A stretch of DNA of 63,340 bases, filler included, from Choristocarpus tenellus KU-1152 (lineage: Eukaryota > Protista > Phaeophyceae), in the NCBI GenBank assembly GCA_964200185.2. It is 11 parts of 11 records of this genome, joined end to end, with 100 filler letters (N's around TTAATTAATTAA, not from the genome) between each part and the next. Parts side by side here need not be neighbours in the genome. Positions count along the whole stretch, not along the records: positions 25,402 to 34,040 come from CAXNAD020004502.1; positions 34,141 to 40,770 come from CAXNAD020007704.1; 9 more parts are not named here. One strand, 5' to 3'. This document shows positions 26,482-40,235 of the stretch, piece by piece; position 1 is the first letter of the stretch; every line of letters starts with the position of its first letter. The notes under the pieces are model-generated. The model did no database searches and was not told the origin of the DNA. It was given only the letters and a program-made list of their open reading frames with translations. A program made the translations under genes and the position numbers.

Positions 26482-28316
26482 CAGTGCAAACATAACGTAA
26501 TGCATAGAACAAAAGTCACAGTGGCTGTGGTGTTTGGGTTATGGCTGTGTACGCGTATGTTTATGTGTGTGCCTTCTGTCTCCTGCGCCTTTCTTGTCTT
26601 TGTTTGGCAACATGAGTACAAATGTTGGAGGAATAAGCCAAAAATTGCATGTAGGACTATCTTAAGTGGGCGTCGCATATACGCTGGAAGACAAAAAAAA
26701 AAATGTTTTCAAGTGGTAGGCACTGTGCAATAGGTGGTATGGAATCTGCCCGTGGTCGCGGGGGCTGGAGTGGGCACCTGGTTGGCAACACACCATCCTT
26801 GAAGAATTTATCAATATCTGTCTATGAAGAGGTAGAGGAAGTAGTTGAGGGAAGGAATGACAATGACGCCGGGAGCATCCAGGTGCTTGCATCTAATTGC
26901 TGGTCAAAAATAAGCTGGCCTCCTCTACCCTTAAAGTAACTCTATTTCCGTCCCACCTAGCAGACAGTCACATTGGCGTATCTATAGCAGAACAGATTGA
27001 ATTCACAACAAGTCAATCACTCTCTTCTTTGCACTGAACAACACAAGGACTCATGGGAAAACATTAACATTCGGGCCACTCCCATGACCACAACATCTTC
27101 TCCTCCACATCCTTCACTCTCCCCATGCATACTCCATATCAGCTTGTTTATAAGCATACACGTACATGTACAAATGGTCGACGTAGGGGAACACTGAATA
27201 TGTATTAATCAGCTTAGAGTGGCAGTGGAGAGGTGTTATGATTTCACCACAAAGTCGGACAGACTAGAAAGCTGGTATAAATTGCACACATTCACTGTAT
27301 CTAAGCCTTGTCCTCACCTTGTGGTCATGATCAACGTCATCAGGTCCTTCTCCTAGAAGGCAGGTGGGGATGAAGGGAGCGTTTTGGAAGGGGTGAGTGG
27401 AAACGGAGTGTAGGCAGCTGAGATTTCAAGCAAGGAGTGAAGCATGGGTTTTAAAGTGGATAGTTCTAATAATTTCAGTGCGCTTTTCCCCAGTAGAGAC
27501 AAGAGGCAAACCACACTTTCTTTCTTTCTTTCAAGATTGTGCTCTTTGTGTCCAAGACCTCATCGCCGTTGCCTTTCGTCCATTGCAGACCAGAACCGCT
27601 CTTACTTCCTTCTTCTCGTAGGGCTGCAATCGAGGCATAATCTTTTGCACAATCAAATTATACTAAGAATATTCGGTAGCAGAAATGTTTGCCGGGATAA
27701 TGCAGGCTGCACACAGGATCAACACAAACACCGCTAGCAAGGACACGTGCATCATGCACTTGTGTTGAGTCTCTCAGGGGGGTGACTGTACTTTGTCTCG
27801 TAATTCTAGGGGGTCACTCGCATTCCCAAACTTTTGGACACCTCCAAACACATATAATTGCAACATTCACCACCCAGTGCTGCACATCGCTCGGGAGTGG
27901 TCCTTGAATCTTTTTCAGTGAGAAGACGGAGCGATCCCTACCTCCAGTCATACTGCACTTTACATGTCATCTTCACAAATATGGAGATAAGCTAGTCATC
28001 TCTATTCTACGTCTCTAGCTCCACTATTTGCAGAAGTATATCCCAATTAATTGCACCAGAGGTGTTCCCCCACGATACACACGGATGAACAAATCAAATA
28101 CGTGCGAAATTGCTACAGTCAAATGGTCTAACCTGAAGCAATATTGTTTTGTCCCTGGTCAAATTTGTCTCTATCCGCATTTTCCATTACATTCGGCACC
28201 ACCCTAACAGCTTCCCCCTTTTCAGGGGGCGGAGGGGGCTGGAGTGGGGACTGCAGAGGTTCCGGTCGGCCCTCGATAGACAATGGCTTTGGGGCGGTCC
28301 CTTTTCTGTCATCCAT
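26127..28316 (-). CDS. SET-domain protein-lysine/histidine methyltransferase (SETD3/Rubisco LSMT-like), 5' part only
   Basis: Exon 26269-26127 encodes VVVFEQWLEENGAKFPCLEIRKYGLEVRGVHTKLEIGADEIIVQIPL|gtgaac, the N-terminal SET motif F..WL..NG...RG......I......IP. Probable first exon 28316-28133 (MDDRKGTAPKP...). Small intermediate exons near 27620-27510, 27352-27318 and 26822-26780 are less certain. Confidence 0.7.
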
Positions 28317-29104
28317 GCTTTCCAAAGCCAAATCTGGCTGCCAGACGGTTCAGCGGCACTGAACCACGTTGAAGGGACGCGATTGCGAGCCTGGCTGCGG
28401 ATGAGGGACTTCCCTTTCAGGCAATCGCCCTTCCGCACACCCTATCATCACCAACCCGAACAAGAGAGAAGTCAATTTAAAAACGCCTCGAACTGTTGCT
28501 AAAGAAGGGTATAATAGCAGTATAAGTTGACATATTTAAGGTATACGTGTGATGTGTCCTCATTCTTTAAGTATTGGAGTAGTGTGCGACACCCTGGTGC
28601 TGGTTGGTGGCTACCCTCTCCCCTTCAACAAAGTAGTAACCGGTGAGATTCTTTCCTACATAAAGTGGAGTGAATTATGGAGAATCGACCCTTGAACCGA
28701 GGGAGGAAGTGTACGTGGATAGAGTCAGTGCACTTCACTCCTACCATGATACATGCCAGTTGGTCCTCTCACATCATACCTTCAAGAGTCGACAACCTGT
28801 GCTAACATCTCTCGTTTCTACGCGATCAAGCTTCCCGCCAATTGTATTCCGGCTTGTGGACTCCTCAAAGGTTTCCAATGCATGCCTCCTTTTAAAGAGT
28901 CGCTTGATGTTCACTGTAGGTTCATCAACAGACTGTGCAGTGTGTGATGTAAACAGGGCAGTAAAACTTTATCAGAGATTCAAATACAAGGTTCTAACGT
29001 TGATAATGCCGGGTTTCATTGGAATTCTCTTTTGGACACCCATACCTCCTGATTGTTGGTCACAGGCTCGACCACCTAGGCCTTGGCACCAAAGTTGTAT
29101 CGGT

Positions 29105-30636
29105 ATGGCTACGCCTTTGATCTCCCAATTGGCAGGCAAGTCCGTGCTGGTTGTGGGCGGCGCTGGAGCCCTCGGATCAGCCGCATTATCCTTATTTGGA
29201 AAGCTGGGTGCCAACACAATATCGGTGGACCACGTCCGACAACCAGCCGCTGGAGTGTCCCTCCTTATAAGAGAGAACGAAGGATGGGTGGAGCAAGTAC
29301 AGCGAACGCGCGATGCTCTGAATGAGCTTCGACGAGGTAAAGATCCTATTAACTTGGTTTGGTGCGCTGCGGGGGGCTGGGCAGGGGGCTGGGTTGGGGA
29401 CGAGGAAGACGCGGGTCTACGGGCCGTGGAGAGCATGTGGAAGGTCAATGCTTTGTCCTCGGTCATGTCGGTACACCTGGTGAGTAGACCAGGTCAAGAG
29501 AATTTGAGGGGGGGCGTGGGTGCAGTACATCTGAATATAGTCAGATAGCTATGTTCCTTCACTTTGCTAAACACAGGTTTCTCATCAAATCCTACGGGTT
29601 GTCGACACACAATGACTATGCAGGCTAGTCATGTCCTTGACGACTCGGGATTACTGGTGTTGACTGGAGCTAATGCAGCACTCCATGGAACCCCGAGCAT
29701 GGTAGGTTATGGTATGTCGAAGGCTGCGACCCACCACCTTCTGCATAGCGTCGCACATGAAGAAAGAACCACGGTAAGCGCACAGAGTCGCAATTTGTGC
29801 TTCGTTGATGTTAAGAACGGAGAACCACGGCCATGACAAAGATGGCTGGCATCAAGTGTTTCTCTTAGGTTCCTCATCATGCACACAGACTACTTCAATT
29901 TTTCCCTCGTCTTACAGATATGCAAATGCTCGATGATCAACAATTTTCCCATTCTCGGTCCCACACCTATGTCTGACTCTATCTAGATGAAGTATTCTGA
30001 CATCCACTACATTCCACTCATATATTCTCATCACGCCTCTTATGATGTTTCTGCTCCCTCTCCTGTGAAATGGTCATGGCAGCCTGGTTCTTGGAATGTT
30101 GCTGCTATCCTCCCTACTGTGATTGATACGCCAGCCAACCGAGAGGCCATGGGAACAACCCATGCAGAAAGTTGGGTCAAGGTGAGAGATATGCTGTCTG
30201 AAAATGGAGATACAGAGATCGCGCATGGTAGATTGTTGTCAAACAATTGTTCTTGTCTGGGTTTTGATAGCTTGCCGAGATATGCTATCAAAGCGTTGTC
30301 CCAGTGCTTTAAACTTCAAAAGAGACCGACTCATTCAGGATGCCCCTTCCAAAGAAGATTCCCTTGGATCTTTTCATTGTGCACACATAAACAGACACAG
30401 ACATGTGCACATGCTATGGCCATGAGACTGATGAGTATTTGATTAAATCCTGGTGCCCCCCCATCCCCCTATTCCTTCTTGGTTATGGTTCCCAGCCTGA
30501 GGACATTGCAAACAAGGTGGCAGGATGGGTGAACCCTGGTCCCCGGCCACAGAATGGGGCGATGATATCTGTGAGCCAGTCCAAGGGCCGCACCTTCTGG
30601 CGAGAGGTTGAGATGGAAACCACATATCACACTTAA
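29105..30636 (+). CDS. QDPR: Dihydropteridine reductase (SDR family), complete, 4 exons, about 254 aa
   Basis: Exons 29105-29479, 29624-29773, 30083-30181 and 30496-30636, all phase 0, GT-AG. Motifs VLVVGGAGALG, CAAGGWAGG, LVLTGANAAL.GTPSMVGYGMSKAATHHL, ILPTVIDTPANREAM, WVK|PEDIA. Confidence 0.95.
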
Positions 30637-33600
30637 TGTGGTGATAGAACAGGCAGGGTGGGTGTCTGCAATGGAAACAGAAGAGGAGAGAGTGGCTGTT
30701 CCATCTTTGTAGATATCGAGGTGGAAAGTATCTGTACACAACACACTTGTAGTAGACAGTCCCTGCTCTCCTTGGGCATTTACATGTATATCCATTTGCA
30801 TTGAAATGACTTGTAGTGTATTCAGAGATCTTCATAGTAGTTCTACACACCGCCTTAAAATATATGTTATATTTGAGCTGTGTGTCATACAGACATTACT
30901 CTATTTGTACGCAATGCTGCAAAGCGGAAGAGTGCCATGTTTGACTCAATGACACTCTTTACTAGGAGCACTGTGGATGTACACTGTACTTACCACAGTA
31001 CAGTAGTGTATGTTATGATACACCATTCAACTGTTCTACACAGCAAGGTACTCTCTTTTGAGAGGTACATTTAGTTGTATGATAAGGAGAGAGGAAATTG
31101 TGTTGTTTTGGGGGTTCTAGTGTTTGCATGGATCACATCCATGAGGTTTTCTGTTCCAATTGAGTGACTTGCCACTAATGTGTGTAAGCTTGTATGACCA
31201 AACCAAGCTTCTGGACAAGGGAGTCCTTTGAGATACTTTGGTGTGAATATTCCTGGGCTGAGGTCCAAGGTGTATGATCCTCGTGGGGTTAGCCAATGGT
31301 CTCCAGTAGTGACATGGAAGGTGTATTGGAGGTTAGGTGTTTGATGTACATAGTGAAAGAGGTCTAAGCACATATCATAGACGCGTCATCTGTGCTCCAT
31401 GAGATCCATGCGTGATATGAGTGTGTTGTAGATAGATTATATATTGCCATGTTCTTGCTGTGAATAAAACACTTGAGGTAGAAGGTCTTGGGTTGTTCTT
31501 CCTCTGAAGTGTGACCTCTCTGTTCACTGAGAATCATTGGAGGTGGTACTAGATATATATAATGCACACGTTTTTTTGCAGGTGGTCTACACCTACACAA
31601 CCCATTTGACCATACTTATTCTAATAGGCTTGTTTGTCGCTCACTTCATGATACAATCGCCAGCCTGGACCCTGCTCTGCTCTTAGACAAGCACACGTAC
31701 TATAATATAAAAACCGGACCATGCCAAACTTCAGTTGCTTCTTTTAAAATAGAAATATTAAATTACAGTTATCTCACAAATATGAGCAAGGCTTGCTACA
31801 GGCAATTCTTTTCTGATGCCGTGTCAAACTAAAGGTATCATAAACGCAAAGCTCCTCTCTATACTTCCGTACCACATTGATTCAATCCTCGTATATTATG
31901 TACTTGACTGAGTACAAAGCTCCTAAATTTAGTGAAGTGAGGTAACTTACCATTCCCTCATGGAAGTTATACATATGGGGTGAGGGGGGTTGGCAATTGT
32001 ACGTATCATGTGTGGTGAACTGCCTCAAAATCATGCAGTGAAAGAAGTGATTCAGGAGATCTGCGCATGAGGTATGTCAAGAGGTAGAAGAACTGTGTGT
32101 GAACTGATTGATTGTCGTTATTACATACAGTATTTGTTGTTCGATTGATTGAGTTGAAAATGTGGTTGAGTTGGCGGTTGATGGAGTGTATGTTTGATTG
32201 AGCAGGGCAACAATTCTTCTACAACAAATCAACTGGAACTATTATGGACATACATTAGTATAAATCGTTTGAATTATTGAGTTGAGAGTGTGATTGAGTA
32301 GTTGGCTGATGGTACAAATACTTGAGTGAATAGGAAAATAGTTCTTCTGCAAGCTGCAGCGACCGTGTTACTGGTGAAAACGTACAGGAAGATTAAGTAA
32401 GGTGTGTGGGATTTGACAGAAGCCAGGAGATAAACAAGAGCAGCAGGAACAATTTCAAAGCATCGTTCTACCTACCTAGTGTAAGCTGTAAGCTGATGAT
32501 TCACCTGATAATGAAACCATTCACTCAACCCAATTGTCTACATTTAATTTTTCGATTTTAGGGGGATGAAATTTTGATAGTCGCTCTGTCTTGATGTATA
32601 GAACAAATTACCTACACACTTTTTTTGAAAAAGAAGTGAAAGTCAAAAACTATTAATGTTCCACCACTTTCAGAATTTCAAATGATCCTTACGCAGGTCA
32701 ACATATTTTCAAAAGCATCCAAGCGCTTACTTGTTCTACACATCAAGACGGAGAGACCCTCGAAATTTCACCCTTGAACTCGAAAAACTGATCGTAGAAA
32801 ATTGATTCTCGTGAGGTATACTGAATTGTAATTTCCAGTCCTACAGGTGGAGCAGTCCTGGATAGCAGGATGTAGTACTGTGACAAATGTTTATAGTTGT
32901 TAGAGCAACTAGTTTCTACAATTGCACAGTGTACTTGTAATTGTAAGTTGATAGATCTGTTACAAGCAAATAGTTTTGGCTTATTTAGTTGTAGATAAGT
33001 GTGGAAAGCATGCTTGTCTGTTGTTATACCGTTATTGCAGTATGCCATATGCTGTCATACCGTTCTACCGATTGAGGTTCCTTGTCAAGCATCCACGATT
33101 CCACTGGCGGGCCTTCCGTCAGAATGAAACCATGGAATCTCTTCACAAGACCATCCCACAGACTTGGGACACCTCGTCATTCAGAATTGTCACACATGAA
33201 AGATTCACTTTGTTCTCACGTCCTGACATGCAGTGATGAAGCCTCATCTCTGAAGATGCTCATCACTCCACAATTTGCACTTGTCCAACCTTAACCTCGT
33301 ACCCTCGGTTATGGTTCATCTTCGTTCTACTGGTCCTTCTTGCCCGGTGATTCCCTTCGCCACCCTTCCTACCTGAGTGAACCGCACCACCACAGAATCA
33401 CACGATTCATATAAGGTTCAATTTGATCATATCTATACAACTATGTATGTCCCACTTACAAATCCTTATTACACAACTTTCAACCCCAGGCAGGAAATGA
33501 TTGTATACGACCTAGCACCTCCAGACAGCAAGGAGGTGTGCACACTCACCAGTTTCAGGCCCTAATAGGCATGAGCAAATAAACAGAACTATCAACAGGC

Positions 33601-33850
33601 GGACACAAAATAACTAGTGCAGTCAGCCAAATGAAAAAGATACATTCATCCCACTATCAGCTTTGAAGTAGATTGCGAACATCATGGGCAAGAATACTGA
33701 GATGCACCTTTTTCACACTTTGTACCATGTTGTGTATAATGGTCGTCCGTCCTCCCCCAATTCCCCCAAGATACTATCCTCACCCAAGCATTCATACATC
33801 CCGTGGTAGGGTTTAGTGACGTGCATGCCGTCTATAACGCCCCAGTGTAA

Positions 33851-34036
33851 GACACAAAGTATCTGGGGGTGGGTGGGGGGTCTACACCAGGGTGTCTATT
33901 TGGGTCAAAACCAGGAAAAGTGCACTTACATTATCCATCCAACGTAAGCAACCAAATCACCCAAAAATTTCGACATGGAAAGAATGAACCCCAAATGGAC
34001 ACCCACCACCACCCCCCCCCCCCCATCCCTTGAACC
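33851..34036. mobile_element. Sola-like MITE subfamily C
   Basis: GACACAAAGTATCTGGGG start, CCCCAAATGGAC motif, reverse orientation relative to 25073-25249. Ends 4 nt before a contig break. Confidence 0.75.
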
Positions 34037-34432
34037 ACACNNNNNNNNNNNNNNNNNNNNNNNNNNNNNNNNNNNNNNNNNNNNTTAATTAATTAANNNN
34101 NNNNNNNNNNNNNNNNNNNNNNNNNNNNNNNNNNNNNNNNCCAGTATCTGCAGACGAATATGCAACAAGAAACATCTCACACATGTGAAAAAAAAAAAGT
34201 CTCAAGCCCGAGGGGTACAGCACAGCTGTCTTCATCACATGCACGCAAAGCCAGAGTACCCGACACCTTACACTGATACAATGTGCAGTCTTCCCCCCCA
34301 GGGTGACAGGTGGAATGTCTGTCCATCCTCCAACGCAGAGGAAATTGACAAAAAAGAATAATAAAAGAATAAGAAAACCCTCAGCAGATGTACTCCTTCA
34401 GGCATCTTGCATAAATATCAAAGTTGAACATT

Positions 34433-35764
34433 TCAGATCCATGCAAAACGGCCCAGCAGGAACACACAACACAAAAACTGAAAGACTGCTACAGCTCCCA
34501 CGATAGGAGTCCTTATCTCCGGGGCATGCTCCGACAAACGTGGCCATGTACTTTTCTGGATGAAAAGTATTGCCATGCTAATTGCTGCGACGAGAGCCAA
34601 TACATCGAACAGAGAAGGGAGCACGCACAATGCTACCGCTGGCACAAATGAGGTAAGTGAGTACCCACAGAGACTAAGGGCCTGGCAGGGACATACACCA
34701 TCACAAGTTTTGACAACAAGCAGGCAGCAGACAAGAGGATAGGGAGGGTGAGCACAACTATCTGAAGTAATTTTTTATGAGGTGTCTTCAGGTGTCAAAT
34801 TTGCACTGTTGCCCCTTCTTTTCCTCCATGCAAAATGACGAGGCACTCATACACACCTCGGAGACGGATAGGGGCAAACCCTTGAGCTTGAAGAAAGCCC
34901 AAAGACCCCCACCAAAAACTACACAGTAGCTAGAGACTGAGGAGAAGCCCTGCACTAGCAAGTTGAAGTCCCTACTGTCCTCATCAAGCCGAAAATTTGA
35001 CATCGCAGACATAACGAAGATCAGCGTTGTGGCCACCTAAATTCACGAGGGGAAGAAAATGCATGATTCAGGATCCAAAGTGCGGATAAATGTCTCATTA
35101 TGGTCTCTGGCAAGTGACAAACGATGGTAAGGGAATGCTCTGCACGCATGAGGCGGCAGGTAGTAACCTTAACAAACCAGGTTAAGATAATAAAGTTCAA
35201 TAACTAACGTACAAATAGAAAATAACCTTAGGTTAGTACTTAGTAAAACTAGCTACAACTATACCTATGAAGGCAGCAGTCATCAGTGTAGAGGGGCTTG
35301 TAACTCCCATTTGTACTATTCTCAACACCCACCCAAAAAGGACCATAGAGGTCAAGGACGCACTCCCTGCCTTCCTCTTCCTCCAGTATTGATGGGCCCT
35401 TTATCACAGGAAGCCCAGCTTTAGCCAACCGAGACAAGACCTGACTTGTATCCACATCGAAATATGGTCGATAGAATTCTATGGAGAGGAGCCCACACAT
35501 CGACATTCTCAGCTCATTCGTCTTTGTGGCTGACGGTTGGGAAGATCCCATCTCCACATCTGACAGAAGCTTTGATGTTGCTAGGCGGAGCAATTAGGGA
35601 CAGAAAAGCCATCACACATTATTAGTTAGCTAGAAACAAAGTCCTCTAGATCGCGTAAGGAAATCGATTCAGATTTCGGAAATTCTATCCAACAAGGAAC
35701 ATCATTGCCGTGGACTACCTTGTGATTCTTCCCATCCCTCCCTAGATTCGTCTGACGGCATCAT
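34433..35764 (-). CDS. YIPF1: Yip1-domain Golgi membrane protein (YIPF1/YIPF2-like), complete, 4 exons
   Basis: Exons 35764-35719, 35580-35333, 35036-34857 and 34681-34433, phase consistent. Motifs SIEFYRPYFDVDTSQVLSRL, DLYGPFW|VATTLIF, LCGYSLTSFVPAVALCVLP. Confidence 0.88.
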
Positions 35765-35915
35765 TGTAGCTTGATTGGGTACAACCCTCAGGAAGTTGAA
35801 AAGCCTAGATGCCAACCCAATTTTGAGATTAAAAGTTCTAGAGGAGACATTAATGCTTCGAAGGCGTTGCCATGTAACGACACAGCAATCCTCGAACTCG
35901 TTGGTACCTGTGCTT

Positions 35916-36659
35916 ATGGCGTCGATGTGGCATGATTCCGGGCTTGAAAGTGTAGTTATCGCATGGTTCGGAGGCATAGTTTTGTTCATCGCCACGCATG
36001 TCGTCGTGTCCTTTAATCACAGGAAAGAGTCCCAGGAATTGCCCCTCCTTCGATCCTTAGCGGCTTGCAATCGTGTTATCTTGGGAGCAATACTCGTACT
36101 CCTCGTTCCTCTTTTCTTGGGCGCAGTGAGTAACAGTTCTCCTGTGACTATGCCAATTACTTCATATGGGAATACGTTCTCGTGGAACTTTGGCTGGGGA
36201 CGACCCTGTACCCACCTTATCTTCATTAGTGTGGGCATGTTCTTCGAATATCACCCAGGAGTAAGGTGGGTCTGCCTCGCGGGGCTTTGTCAGGCGTTAG
36301 CCCTCGACACGATGGCCTCTTACGACCTTCATAGGGAAATAACTTGTGTATGGGATGGAAGGTGCGCCCTTCCCAAAGGCTACACTCGGGGTGGTCTTCG
36401 ACTGGCGGGGATGAGGGACGTAGCCTCCATATTGTTCGAGGTGTGGGCACTCCTCCTCATGGCGTACCTGAACTTGACCATTGGTCAATGGAAAGTTAGA
36501 TACGCATACAGGCACCTTCATGGTGGAGGTTGCAAGAGAGTGAGGGAGATGCGCCAGGAACTTGCCAAGCATGCACTTAAGCTTCCACAACGTCGGGGCG
36601 CAAATAGATCGGGAGGACAACTGTATCAGGGGGGTGAAGCAGAGAAGACGAAAATATAA
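35916..36659 (+). CDS. Intronless hypothetical integral membrane protein (about 247 aa, 4-5 TM)
   Basis: Longest ORF in the window (35775-36659), probable ATG at 35916. Several hydrophobic helices, a CVWDGRC loop and a basic C-terminal tail. Family not recognised. Confidence 0.75.
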   Translation: MASMWHDSGLESVVIAWFGGIVLFIATHVVVSFNHRKESQELPLLRSLAACNRVILGAILVLLVPLFLGAVSNSSPVTMPITSYGNTFSWNFGWGRPCTHLIFISVGMFFEYHPGVRWVCLAGLCQALALDTMASYDLHREITCVWDGRCALPKGYTRGGLRLAGMRDVASILFEVWALLLMAYLNLTIGQWKVRYAYRHLHGGGCKRVREMRQELAKHALKLPQRRGANRSGGQLYQGGEAEKTKI

Positions 36660-38119
36660 AATTCCGTCTTCAGTGTCTGCAAAGACGTCGAGAGGACTTG
36701 CAGTTAGAGGAGGACATGCACTAGGAATGAGAACCCGCCTTCATGAGAAAGCTGAAGCATTTTTCTTACTCCAGAGGAGGATGGATTAAACCGAAAAGGA
36801 GGCTTTAGGAAGTACTATAGTGGTAGCGCTGGAATGTAGAGAATCGAAACAAAGAAACAACAATAATAGTTTCTTCTCGCTCCACCTAATATCATAATGT
36901 GTTCTCAACTTGGTGTAATTATATAGAGAGTAGGTTGCTCACTTCAAGGCTGGGTTGTACCAATTAAAAATAACTTGTGGCGACGTGGATGGATGCCCTG
37001 TGACCTTGCAACCACCTCACTTACATATATGTATGCCTACTTGAATAAGGAAGGCCAGGTCATGACTGAAATGCCTATTTAATCAGAAAAGTGCGTGCTT
37101 AAGAAATTGTCCTGTCGCGCTTAAGAAGTTTCACTTTCAAAACCAAACTAGACGTGAGGTATATTACCTTCTACAAAACGATAATGCGTGGTATTGTGGA
37201 ATTTTAGTTGGGGCAGAGTACAAACAGGTGTTGACAAAACAGATTTCTTCATATACCACTATGTACTGTTATTATTCGCACTAAAATTTTGCAGATGTGG
37301 CAGATGAGGGAAGGCAAAAATCAAAACTACAAGAACTTCTTAGGCAATATATTAGTTGTCGTTTCCAAGATCCTACAAATTATCAAATTGTTTTATGTAT
37401 AGTGCATGCTATGAATGATGCTCGAATATTTGGCATATGTTGTCATAGGATGAGAAGAAGTAATACATGCAGCATGCTTGGAGAACTGGTCAGAAAGGTA
37501 ACACAAAAAGGGAGAACAGAAAAAGAAGTATATATCAATGTAAACAGAAAAAATACCAATCTGATAAAAAAAAACAAAGATGATGATTCGAGGGTAGAGA
37601 AATGCAGCAACGCAATCATTTTGTTAGGCAGGCTCCCAATTATTCCACAAGATTCTTGACTTCCGCAGGGTAAGGCAGGAAATGAGAGGTCAACAGAGCG
37701 GTATGATGCTCTGCATTTACTCAGAACGGTACAAGCTATTCTGTATATACTGTAAACAGTCTTTTTCTTAGTCATACCGTTCTGCCAACTAAACCGAAGC
37801 CCTATTTATCCCCATGCAGGATAACCGTGATGATGTGTACACCCACTGAAATGACATCCTCTCACAAGACAAACCAGAGTGGAAGGTGGTCACCATCGAG
37901 TCCCTTGTGAATAGTATTTATTCCCTGATGGAAATTCCAATGCCAGCAATCTGTCAAGCACAAGCCCAGGGCGGGTCAAAATGGAGAAGCCTTCCATACA
38001 AGTGTTAGGTACATTCGGATAGGCGAACACAATCTGCAATGATGTATTGAGACCTGTGTCTAAAACACAAATCCGTCCCTCCACAACTTAGATTACGTCT
38101 TTTTAGAGAGTGTACACAC

Positions 38120-38384
38120 ATGCCATAGTATCTTTAGAGGGGGGTGGTGCTTAGCCCAGGTTGTCAATTTGGGCTCAATGGGGTGTTGTAAGATACCCCA
38201 GTTTTGATGCCAGTTTTGTGGGTGAATTTCCTTCCGATTTGGTTCAGGCAGGAAAAGGAAGGTTGATTCGGATTACGGAAACTGCCCTTACATCTGGTAT
38301 ATTCACTGAAATGACTTGAAAATCACTGTTGGTTCACACAGGCCCCAAATGGACGCCTGACCCCCCTCTAGAATACTCACGATC
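38120..38384. mobile_element. Sola-like MITE subfamily B
   Basis: Aligns over its length with 7066-7327. GTATCTTTAGAGGGG ... CCCCAAATGGAC ... CCCCTCTAGAATAC. Confidence 0.7.
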
Positions 38385-39639
38385 ACAGTTTTTCTAAGAA
38401 CATTCTCTTGTTGAGATTTGTTAGCGAGTGTGACAATATGTTACGTTCCACAAAATGTTAGTATCTTAGAGTATCTAATTCGTATCCTGTCCGAGACAGA
38501 TTGTTACGTCTACTCATTATAAACATGATTGTGTTTAGACACTGGAATGCGCAAAAAATAAATGGAAGATTGAAATGCGAAAAAGAAGGTTGACATGCTT
38601 TATAAAAACAAGAAAAAGGCCCAGTAGTCAAATCTGAACAAAAAAAGGAATTGCACTCAGCACCAAAGAACAAAATCTGTTTTGGGATGGATTAGCACAT
38701 TATTCCCTTCCACCAATCACAGTCTCACATCAGAAAATTAGGTCAAGTCCCGTACACCCACTAGCAACGCAATTATATCATCATCACCAGTACCAACACG
38801 TAGGGTATCTCAGCCAGACCAAAAACCTTCAGTTCCCAGTCAAAATTTCAGCAGGCAGTTTCATCATGTGCGTTTGTGTGTTTTCTGACTAACTGTGGCT
38901 ACATTCAACCTGTAGCCCCTAGAAAGGGGCATGTGTGTATAATCTTCTCCCTGACACCCTCATCTCAACACTTGGAGTGCAGCTAACTCTCACCATCAGG
39001 ATACTGTGACTGACTATAGGCCAATATGCACACTCACACAGCTTGCAGCGCAATAGTTTCTCCCTCTAGAGTGCTAGGAGCACATAAATGCATACCTAAA
39101 TACCGTAAATATCCAAGGAGTCGCAGAGAGACACCCCCTATACCCGACAGCACTCACCCAGGCCAAAGCTCCTGCAGTGTGCCATGGGAAGAGCTATAGT
39201 ATCCTAGAGGGGTCCTCCACACACAGCACCCACATTTTGTACCAGCCTTTTGGATCTCATACAACAAGTTAACCCCACATTTTAGCTGGGAACCTGATAT
39301 AGGCGCCACTACTACCTACCAGCTTTTCTCCAGTCATCCCTTTGCCCGCTTGTTCAGTTTTTCATTTGCTCCCCACACATCAAGGTCCTTTTGGGCAAGT
39401 AAAAGCACCGTTCATGTACCCTACAAACCAACAAAATGCAGCTTCAACTTGTGTATATATAATGTAGCAGCCTCATCGTTCTTGCAATCAGTTCTCCAGT
39501 GTCAACTGTTGTGAATCGCAGCAATACAATCGGTACCCTTCAACAATCGTTGTTGTCGGTTACTTACTGTGAAGGTCTGTCTAACCTCATATTACGGTAT
39601 ATATTGCCGCCACAGCCACCAACTCCGCATATTATCTTA

Positions 39640-40235
39640 TTATTATGCCCTCTGACATTTTCCAGATGTGTCAGGGAAAAATCAACAAAAACTATTTACA
39701 TGTCGGAATAAACCTTCAAAAAGTAACAGTTGTCATAAATGCGAAAAATATTGTTCACCATTTTACTACCAGTTATGCTACACAGTTCCCTTCCTGTCCC
39801 TCTAACCTAGCTTAGTCCTATTCTCTAGGGTGAGGGGCTAGGGAGGCATCCCACGAATCTAACAAGCCCCTCCTTCCCTATCTCCCTGGTGTCTCCAGCT
39901 CGAAGCGCATGACCCCTCTGGATAGAAAGGAATTTGCACGGTATGGTGTCGTATTGTAAAAACATAAACGAATACAAGACTATATTTTTTGTTATTATAC
40001 CCTCTGACATTTTGTAGATGTGTCAGGGAGATACCCAATGAAAACTGTTCACATGTCGGAAAAATTCCTAAAAAGTAGCAGTTGTCGTAAAACGTGAAAG
40101 ACATTAATCTATTTACTCTTTTACCACTAGTTGGGCTGTACCACTGCCTCCCTGTGCCTCCAACCTAGCTTAAGACCCGTATTCCAGGGTGAGGAGCTAG
40201 GGAAGCGTCCCAAGAATTTAACAAGCCACTCCTTG
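39640..40235. repeat. Diverged tandem pair (about 350-bp period) of a dispersed repeat also present in reverse at about 50530-50900
   Basis: Shared blocks TTATTATRCCCTCTGACATTTT..AGATGTGTCAGGGA and GGGTGAGGRGCTAGGGARGCRTCCCA.GAAT. Confidence 0.75.

Noticed and set aside
28972-29466. 164-aa antisense ORF overlapping QDPR exon 1
   Set aside because: Shadow ORF of a GC-rich coding exon, with no recognisable motifs.
33080-38090. Faint RT-like fragments at about 33080-33300 and 37850-38084
   Set aside because: Too degenerate to support by eye. They need a translated profile search.
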